Part shown: positions 6,731 to 11,747 of the stretch, in pieces
Numbering within the stretch: position 1 is the stretch's first letter
How the letters are laid out: each line of letters begins with the position of its first letter
NCBI GenBank assembly: GCA_051887715.1
Contig: JBJFAC010000249.1
Coordinates: 1 to 11,747, forward strand
DNA length: 11,747 nt
Direction of reading: 5' to 3'
Source of the DNA: Candidatus Neoclostridium sp.
Lineage (GTDB): Bacteria; Bacillota; Clostridia; Christensenellales; Pumilibacteraceae
The notes under the pieces: generated by a model
Seen by the model: only the letters and a program-made list of their open reading frames with translations
Told to the model about the DNA's origin: nothing
Database searches by the model: none
Made by a program: the position numbers and the translations under genes

Positions 6731-6746
6731 CCCGCTTTCAAGCGGG
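6731..6746. promoter_or_regulatory. 16-bp palindrome CCCGCTT-TC-AAGCGGG in the fructokinase 5' leader, between the -10 and the RBS; candidate repressor operator (weak cre-like half TGAAAGCG on the minus strand) or 5'-UTR hairpin
   Basis: Perfect 7-bp inverted arms are located 17 nt downstream of the -10 and about 20 nt upstream of the start codon, on the transcribed (minus) strand. Confidence 0.3.
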
Positions 6747-6762
6747 CGTATTTTACCGCACT

Positions 6763-6791
6763 ATTATACCACATATCGCCGCGCCGGACAA
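6763..6791 (-). promoter_or_regulatory. Fructokinase promoter (minus strand): -35 TTGTCC (complement of 6786-6791), 17 nt, extended -10 TGgTATAAT (complement of 6763-6771)
   Basis: The extended -10 is an exact match with a 4/6 -35 at correct spacing, about 55 nt upstream of the ATG at 6710. Confidence 0.5.
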
Positions 6792-6916
6792 GCGCTTTTT
6801 CTCTTTTTTTGCCATAGAGACGGGCTTTTATCGTCTAATCGCATAAAAACGCGAGCAAATTCGACCGTATTCGCTTTCGCCGCGGCACCCGTTCCGACTG
6901 CCCTCGATAAAGGCGC

Positions 6917-6945
6917 TTGACAAAAGAACGCGCATATTGTATAAT
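6917..6945 (+). promoter_or_regulatory. Promoter of the flotillin gene: TTGACA (6917-6922), 17 nt, TATAAT (6940-6945), with TG immediately upstream of the -10
   Basis: Consensus hexamers at optimal spacing. A 51-nt leader ends in RBS GGGAGG (6985-6990), 6 nt before the ATG at 6997. Confidence 0.5.
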
Positions 6946-6996
6946 ATAAAAGCAAACGGCTCGTTCGTTTGTAATATAGACCGAGGGAGGTAAATT

Positions 6997-8481
6997 ATGA
7001 TAACAAATTTAATTTCCGCCGCGGCGTGGATCGCGCCCGTAGTTATTGCGGCAGTACTGCTCGTTGCGGTGGTCGTGATATTCTTCGTTGGAGGATATAT
7101 GAAAGCGCCGCCGGATACCGCGTACATAATATCCGGTATGGGCAAGCGCCGCATACTCATAGGAAAAGCCGGCTGGAGACTGCTGTTCTTCGAGCGCGTG
7201 GATAAAATATCGCTGAAGGTAATGCAGGTGGACGTAAAGACCAGCGAGGCGGTGCCCACCAACGAATTCATCAACGTCAACGTGGACGGCGTTGCAAACA
7301 TCAAAATTTCTTCCGATCCCGAGCTTCTCAACAGGGCGGCGGAGGCGCTTTTGGGTAAATCGCAGTCCGAGCTCGTCAGCCTGGTAACGCAGGTGCTTGA
7401 AGGCAATATGCGTGAAATAGTGGGCTCGGTAGGGCTGAAAGAAATGGTGCAGGACCGTCAGGGCGTTGCCAAGAAAATAACGGAAAACGTCGTTCCCGAT
7501 ATGGAAAAGCTGGGTATCGAGGTGGTCAACTTCAATATTCAGAACTTTAAGGACAACGCTGGAACCATCGAAAATATGGGTATCGACAACGTCGAACAGA
7601 TACGTAAAAACGCGCAGATCGCCAAGGCAAACGCTCAGCGCGACATCGCCATCGCCACCGCTCACGCCGAAGAGGAAGCGAATGCGGTCAAGGTTGAAAC
7701 GCAGAAGAAGATCGCCGAGCAGAACGCCGAGCTCAACGTTCAGAAGGCGGAAATGCAGATAAAAGCGGACAACAAGCGCGCGGAAGCGGACGCGGCGTAC
7801 TCCATTCAGCAGGAAACTCAGCGTAAGACCATCGAAATTACCGCCGCCAACGCTAATATAGCCAAGAAAGAAAAAGAGGCGGAGATTGCCGAGCGCGAGA
7901 TCGCCATCAAGGAAAAACAGCTTGACGCGGAAATCAGAAAGCAAGCCGACGCAATGCTATACAAAGCCGAAAAAGAGGCGGAAGCCGAGCTGATTCGCCG
8001 TCAGAAGCAGGCGGAGGCGCAGAAGTTCGAGCAGATAAAAGCCGCCGAAGCCAAAAAGTACGACGCTATACAGGAGGCGGAGGCTAAAAAAGCGGCTGCC
8101 GAAGCACAGCGCTACGCTATGGAGCAGGAGGCTGCCGGTATTAAAGCCAAGGGCGAGGCGGAAGCCGCCGCTATCGAGCAGAAAGCCGACGCGCAGAAGA
8201 AGATGGGCGAGGCGTCCGTCATCGAAATGTATCTGCACGCGCTTCCCGAAGTGGTCAAGTCCGCCGCAATGCCGCTTGCTCAGACCGACAAGATAGTTAT
8301 GTACGGCGACGGCAATTCGACCAAACTGATAAAAGACGTAATGCAGGGCGCAGGTCAGATTATGGAAGGAATGAAGGAATCCACCGGCATCGACCTCGGC
8401 GCGCTGATAACCGGCGCCGTTGCCGGAAAATTGGCGGCAGGCTCGTCGGATAAGTCGGGCGAAGATAAAAAAGGCGAATAA
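6997..8481 (+). CDS. floT: Flotillin-like SPFH/band-7 domain protein (FloT/YuaG family): N-terminal membrane hairpin, SPFH domain, long EA-rich coiled coil and C-terminal flotillin domain
   Basis: The 494-aa product has a hydrophobic N-terminus (AAWIAPVVIAAVLLVAVVVIFFVGG), an SPFH core (YIISGMGKRRILIGKAGWRLLFFERVDKISLKVMQVDV...) and about 200 aa of Glu/Ala/Lys-rich heptad-like repeats. Size and architecture match B. subtilis FloT. No nfeD/yuaF-like partner gene lies upstream. Confidence 0.85.
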   Translation: MITNLISAAAWIAPVVIAAVLLVAVVVIFFVGGYMKAPPDTAYIISGMGKRRILIGKAGWRLLFFERVDKISLKVMQVDVKTSEAVPTNEFINVNVDGVANIKISSDPELLNRAAEALLGKSQSELVSLVTQVLEGNMREIVGSVGLKEMVQDRQGVAKKITENVVPDMEKLGIEVVNFNIQNFKDNAGTIENMGIDNVEQIRKNAQIAKANAQRDIAIATAHAEEEANAVKVETQKKIAEQNAELNVQKAEMQIKADNKRAEADAAYSIQQETQRKTIEITAANANIAKKEKEAEIAEREIAIKEKQLDAEIRKQADAMLYKAEKEAEAELIRRQKQAEAQKFEQIKAAEAKKYDAIQEAEAKKAAAEAQRYAMEQEAAGIKAKGEAEAAAIEQKADAQKKMGEASVIEMYLHALPEVVKSAAMPLAQTDKIVMYGDGNSTKLIKDVMQGAGQIMEGMKESTGIDLGALITGAVAGKLAAGSSDKSGEDKKGE

Positions 8482-8543
8482 TTTGCAGTAAAAAAGCGAG
8501 TAATTCGCAGTATAGTAAATCAAAGCGGAGCATTATCCGCAGT
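8479..8543 (+). repeat. Degenerate tandem repeats in the flotillin 3' UTR: TAATTTGCAGTA(8479-8490) / TAATTCGCAGTA(8501-8512) / ATTATCCGCAGT(8532-8543), plus AAAGCGAG / AAAGCGGAG sub-repeats
   Basis: Three copies of a 12-nt core with periods of 22 and about 31 nt. The first copy overlaps the floT stop codon. This is not a CRISPR array: only three copies, degenerate, with unequal spacing. Confidence 0.3.
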
Positions 8544-8566
8544 TTTTCGGCGCTATCGCCGATACG

Positions 8567-8593
8567 AACAGACGGGCAAAACCGTCTGTTTTG
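8567..8593 (+). terminator. Rho-independent terminator after the flotillin gene: AACAGACGG-gcaaaa-CCGTCTGTT followed by TTG
   Basis: A 9-bp perfect stem (8567-8575 / 8582-8590) with a 6-nt loop and a short 4-T run (8589-8592, partly within the stem). It lies just upstream of the ABC operon RBS. Confidence 0.45.
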
Positions 8594-8618
8594 CTAAATA
8601 ACGAATTTCGGAGAATTT

Positions 8619-9419
8619 ATGGATCAAACCACGGAAAACAAAAAGCCTTCCGTCAGGGTCACGGGGCTGTATAAACGGTTCAGACTGAGCAGAAGGCAGA
8701 AGAAACTGACGGGCGACAAGCGCGACTTCGTCACGGCGGTAAACGACTTGTCGTTTACGGCATACGAGGGCGAGATTTTCGGACTGCTGGGCGCAAACGG
8801 AGCTGGTAAGACCACTACTTTGCGCGTTCTGTCCACGCTTATAAAACCGGACGGCGGCGACGCGGAGATTTTGGGCGACAGCGTTTGTCTCGCTCCCGAA
8901 AAGGTGCGAAGAAATATCGCCTTTCTCACCAGCGAGCTCAAGCTGGAGGACTTTTTCACGCCCGATTATCTTTTCGACTTTTTTGCCGAGCTGCGCGGAG
9001 TGGATAAGGAAACCGCCGCCGCGCGCAAAAAGGAGCTTTTCGACGCCTTCGGAATAAACGATTTCGCAGGCGTTAAGGTGGGCAATCTGTCCACGGGTAT
9101 GAAGCAAAAGGCGTCGCTGGCGATCTCGCTGGTGCACGATCCCGACGTCGTTATTTTCGACGAGCCCACCAACGGCTTGGACGTGCTGACGGCGAAAATA
9201 GTCACGGATTATCTCTCCGAACTGAAAAACAGGGGTAAAACCATTATCGTTTCCACGCATATTTTCAGTCTCGTGGACAAGATATGCGACAGAGTGGGCG
9301 TGGTTGCCGACGGTAAGATGATAGCGTGCGGCACCAAAAAAGAGGTGTGCGGCGAAAAGAACGCCGAGGACGCTTTCTTCGATCTGTACGACGAGTATTC
9401 GCGAGGTGGAAAGCAATGA
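8619..9419 (+). CDS. ABC transporter ATP-binding protein (ABC-2 / NatA-like exporter ATPase)
   Basis: The 266-aa product has Walker [10 protein letters not shown], the ABC signature [12 protein letters not shown], Walker [13 protein letters not shown] and an H-loop (STHIF). The RBS GGAG lies 5 nt before the ATG. Confidence 0.9.
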   Translation: MDQTTENKKPSVRVTGLYKRFRLSRRQKKLTGDKRDFVTAVNDLSFTAYEGEIFGLLGANGAGKTTTLRVLSTLIKPDGGDAEILGDSVCLAPEKVRRNIAFLTSELKLEDFFTPDYLFDFFAELRGVDKETAAARKKELFDAFGINDFAGVKVGNLSTGMKQKASLAISLVHDPDVVIFDEPTNGLDVLTAKIVTDYLSELKNRGKTIIVSTHIFSLVDKICDRVGVVADGKMIACGTKKEVCGEKNAEDAFFDLYDEYSRGGKQ

Positions 9420-10579
9420 AGTTAGGCTCCGTTTTAACCGTATTCAAAAAGGAAATGAAAAGATTTTTCGGGGATAAGCGCCTGTTTTTCGGCACGGTGA
9501 TACTGCCCGGACTGCTTATTTTCGTCATCTACACGCTTATGGGCTTTTTCATTTCGGACGCGTTTACTCCCGATAAGGCGTACCGCTATAAGATTGCGAC
9601 GGTCAATCTTCCCGCGGAGATACGCGAGTGCTTCGATCCCGACGCCGTACAGTTTACGGAAACGACTGCGGACGAGATCGAAAATCTGAAAGCCGACGTA
9701 AAGGCGAAAAACTGCGACGCGCTGTTGGTTTTTCCCGAAGATTTTTCCGAGAAGGTTAACTCGGGAGAAAAGCCCGTGCCCGAGGTCAAGGTGTATTACA
9801 ACAACGAAAGAACCGAATCCGCGGCGGCTTACGAAATAATCTCGGCGACGCTTAACGCTTACGAATCGGAAAAGAGCAATCTTTTCGACGTCAACAGAGC
9901 GGGGGAAAAGTACGATCTTGCGGACGAAAAGAACGTGCTTGGAAAAATGCTGTCCTCCTTTTTGCCGATGCTGCTTATGATAATGCTGTTTACCGGCGCG
10001 CTCAACGTCACGCCCGAATCGATTGCCGGCGAAAAGGAACGCGGCACGATCGCGGCTCTATTGGTAACGCCGGCAAGTCGCGGAGGCATAGCTCTCGGCA
10101 AAATATTGGCTTTGTCGGTAATAGCGCTTCTCAGCGGAACCGCAAGCACGCTGGGAGTCGCGTTGGCGCTCCCCAACCTGACGGGCGGCGCTCTCGGCGC
10201 GATCAATCTGTCGTACACCGTGGGCGACGTGCTCACGCTGCTGATAGTCATAATGTCGTCCGTTCTTTTAATAGTAGCAACGCTGTCGCTTGTATCCGCG
10301 TTTGCAAAAACGGTAAAGGAGGCGGCGTCGCTGTCCTCTCCGCTGATGTTTCTGCTGATCGGCGTAAGTTTTTTCAATATGTTCGAGTACGCCGATTCGC
10401 CGCTTTATTACCTGATTCCGTTCTACAACTCCGCGCAGTGTATGGGAGCGGTATTCTCGTTCTCGACCAACTATCTCAATCTGCTTATAACCGTCGGCGT
10501 GAATCTGGCGTATACCGCGCTTGCCGCCTTCGGGCTTACGAAGATGTTCGACAGCGAGAAAATAGTATACGGCAAATAA
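9416..10579 (+). CDS. ABC-2 family transporter permease (NatB-like), 387 aa
   Basis: The start ATG overlaps the upstream stop as ATGA (9416-9419), with a GAGGTGGA RBS. The N-terminus [36 protein letters not shown] is typical of NatB-type permeases. There is a large extracytoplasmic loop followed by five C-terminal TM helices. The ORF-track start at 9326 is a GTG inside the ATPase gene and is rejected. Confidence 0.8.
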   Translation: MKLGSVLTVFKKEMKRFFGDKRLFFGTVILPGLLIFVIYTLMGFFISDAFTPDKAYRYKIATVNLPAEIRECFDPDAVQFTETTADEIENLKADVKAKNCDALLVFPEDFSEKVNSGEKPVPEVKVYYNNERTESAAAYEIISATLNAYESEKSNLFDVNRAGEKYDLADEKNVLGKMLSSFLPMLLMIMLFTGALNVTPESIAGEKERGTIAALLVTPASRGGIALGKILALSVIALLSGTASTLGVALALPNLTGGALGAINLSYTVGDVLTLLIVIMSSVLLIVATLSLVSAFAKTVKEAASLSSPLMFLLIGVSFFNMFEYADSPLYYLIPFYNSAQCMGAVFSFSTNYLNLLITVGVNLAYTALAAFGLTKMFDSEKIVYGK

Positions 10580-10610
10580 CGTTTACGGAAGGTTTTAATC
10601 GAGGTTAAAA

Positions 10611-11420
10611 ATGGCAAAATACGACTTAAAAGGTAAAACGGTCGTGCTTACCGGCGCGTCCGGCGGGATAGGCGGCTGTATCGCCGAGCTGCTTGTGAAA
10701 AAATATAACGCGCGCGTGATAGGGATAGCGCGCAGCAGGCAAAAGCTGGAGCTGGTCAAACAAAAAATCGGCGACGGGTTTTCTTTCGAGACGTTCGACG
10801 TTTCCGTTAAAGAAAATTGGACGGAGTTTGCGGAAAAGCTACGCAGAAGCGGCGAGAAAATCGACCTCGTTATCAACAACGCGGGCGTTTTTCCGCGGTT
10901 TGTTAAAGCGCTGGACACGGATTCGGAGCAGTTTGAAAAGATTATGGCGGTCAACTTCTATGCCGGAATATATTCAACCGAAGCGCTTATGCCTCTGCTT
11001 AAAGAAAGCGAGCGCCCGGGCGTGTACTTTGTGTGCAGCAGCGCGGCTTTATGTCCCGTTGCGGGCACGGCTCCTTATACGGCGGCAAAGAACGCGCTTA
11101 AAGGCTACGCCGAATGTCTTTCCCTGGAAAACAACGGCAATCTGTACGTCGGCGTCGCTTTTCCGGGCGTAACGATGAGCGACCTGTTCCGCGGCGACGA
11201 CCGCGTGGGCAAAAGCGGAGTGGAAAAAATAGCCGCATCTCCGCAAAAAACGGCAAAAAAAATCTGCCGCGCGATAAGTCGCGGAAAGCGCAAAAAGGTC
11301 GTGGGCTTCGACGCTCACGGTATGAGCGTTATGGCTCGCCTGTTTCCCAAAACGGGAGCGAGATTTATTGCCAAAATAATGAAAATAAGCCGCGCGGAGG
11401 TCTTTTCGGAGCTGTTTTGA
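10611..11420 (+). CDS. Short-chain dehydrogenase/reductase (SDR) family oxidoreductase
   Basis: The 269-aa product has the cofactor-binding motif TGASGGIGG, NNAG, and the catalytic S...YTAAK (YxxxK) motif. The RBS GAGG lies 6 nt before the ATG. It sits only 31 nt after the permease stop with no terminator, so it may be co-transcribed. Confidence 0.85.
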   Translation: MAKYDLKGKTVVLTGASGGIGGCIAELLVKKYNARVIGIARSRQKLELVKQKIGDGFSFETFDVSVKENWTEFAEKLRRSGEKIDLVINNAGVFPRFVKALDTDSEQFEKIMAVNFYAGIYSTEALMPLLKESERPGVYFVCSSAALCPVAGTAPYTAAKNALKGYAECLSLENNGNLYVGVAFPGVTMSDLFRGDDRVGKSGVEKIAASPQKTAKKICRAISRGKRKKVVGFDAHGMSVMARLFPKTGARFIAKIMKISRAEVFSELF

Positions 11421-11482
11421 AGGTTTTTACCGCAAAGCGCAATCGGGAGATAAGCCGAGCCGCTTTATAGAGAGGAGCAAGT

Positions 11483-11747
11483 ATGTTTGGATTTATAACG
11501 AAATTATTTATAAAAGATCGCGATGACGTGAACAATCCGCGCGTTCGCGAAAAATACGGCAGACTTACCGGAGTGGTAGGGCTTGTGCTTAACACTCTTT
11601 TGTGCACGGGTAAAATAATAGTCGGGCTTATCACGGGCGCGCTGTCGGTCGTCTCGGACGGAATAAACAACCTGTCGGACGGAGCGTCGTCGCTCATCAC
11701 GCTGGTGGGCTTCCGAATGTCGGGCAAAAAGCCGGACAAGGAGCATC
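11483..11747 (+). CDS. Cation diffusion facilitator (CDF) family metal-cation efflux transporter, N-terminal fragment; the 3' end lies outside the window
   Basis: ATG at 11483 is preceded by AGAGGAG (11471-11477). The translation MFGFITKLFIKDRDDVNNPRVREKYGRLTGVVGLVLNTLLCTGKIIVGLITGALSVVSDGINNLSDGASSLITLVGF matches the CDF TM1-TM2 region (KxxxGxxxGSxAxxADAxHSxSD-like). The ORF is not in the supplied track because no stop codon lies within the window. Confidence 0.7.
   Translation, partial: MFGFITKLFIKDRDDVNNPRVREKYGRLTGVVGLVLNTLLCTGKIIVGLITGALSVVSDGINNLSDGASSLITLVGFRMSGKKPDKEH

Noticed and set aside
7009-7944. 311-aa minus-strand ORF and the 188-aa ORF (7957..8523) antisense to the flotillin gene
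   Set aside because: These are antisense to the EA-rich coiled-coil coding repeats. The Leu/Phe/Gly/Arg-rich low-complexity translation has no start signals. The nucleotide periodicity here reflects protein heptad repeats, not a repeat element.
8479-8543. Possible CRISPR array (TAATTNGCAGTA repeats)
   Set aside because: There are only 2.5 degenerate copies with unequal 10-20-nt spacers and no cas genes. It is a simple degenerate tandem repeat in a 3' UTR.
9326-9415. ORF-track start of the permease at 9326 (GTG; N-terminus [17 protein letters not shown]...)
   Set aside because: It lies inside the ATPase coding sequence and is an Arg-rich out-of-frame translation. ATG at 9416 with an RBS and an ATGA overlap gives the canonical NatB-like N-terminus.
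8553-9416. 287-aa minus-strand ORF antisense to the ABC ATPase gene
   Set aside because: The sense strand encodes unmistakable Walker A, signature and Walker B motifs. The antisense ORF has no RBS or motifs.

Overview
This 11.7-kb window looks like a chromosomal segment from a Gram-positive (Firmicutes/Clostridia-like) genome of about 55% GC, with GGAGG-type ribosome-binding sites and sigma70-consensus promoters. That assignment is inference from gene content and signals, not a search result. The annotation below is offered as a working hypothesis.

Gene order, left to right:
- 2..301 (+): the 3' end of a glycosyltransferase family 4 (GT4) gene.
- 448..1986 (+): guaA, GMP synthase, with its own consensus promoter and a bidirectional terminator.
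- 2077..2283 (-): a 68-aa XRE-family helix-turn-helix regulator.
- 2606..4144 and 4255..5355 (+): a likely two-gene operon encoding a cytoplasmic GH32 beta-fructofuranosidase and a 366-aa protein with sialidase-type Asp-box (BNR) repeats.
- 5829..6710 (-): a PfkB-family fructokinase, convergent on the operon.
- 6997..8481 (+): a FloT-like flotillin (SPFH domain), divergent from the fructokinase.
- 8619..9419 and 9416..10579 (+): a NatAB-like ABC-2 ATPase and permease whose stop and start codons overlap.
- 10611..11420 (+): an SDR oxidoreductase.
- 11483..11747 (+): the 5' end of a cation-diffusion-facilitator (CDF) transporter gene.

The signals worth most attention are non-coding:
1. Between the XRE gene and the GH32 gene, two copies of the palindrome GGAACA-AAA-TGTTCC sit 28 bp apart. 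One copy lies exactly in the spacer of a perfect TTGACA-17-TATAAT promoter that points towards the GH32 gene.
2. The 470-bp AT-rich gap between the convergent BNR and fructokinase genes is densely packed with hairpins. It also carries five exact inverted-repeat pairs of 8-14 bp, three of them interleaved at a constant offset of about 83 bp. This looks like a MITE-like element, a small RNA or a nucleoprotein site.
3. The fructokinase 5' leader contains a 16-bp palindrome.
4. The flotillin 3' UTR contains 2.5 degenerate tandem repeats.

There is no CRISPR array, rRNA or tRNA in the window.
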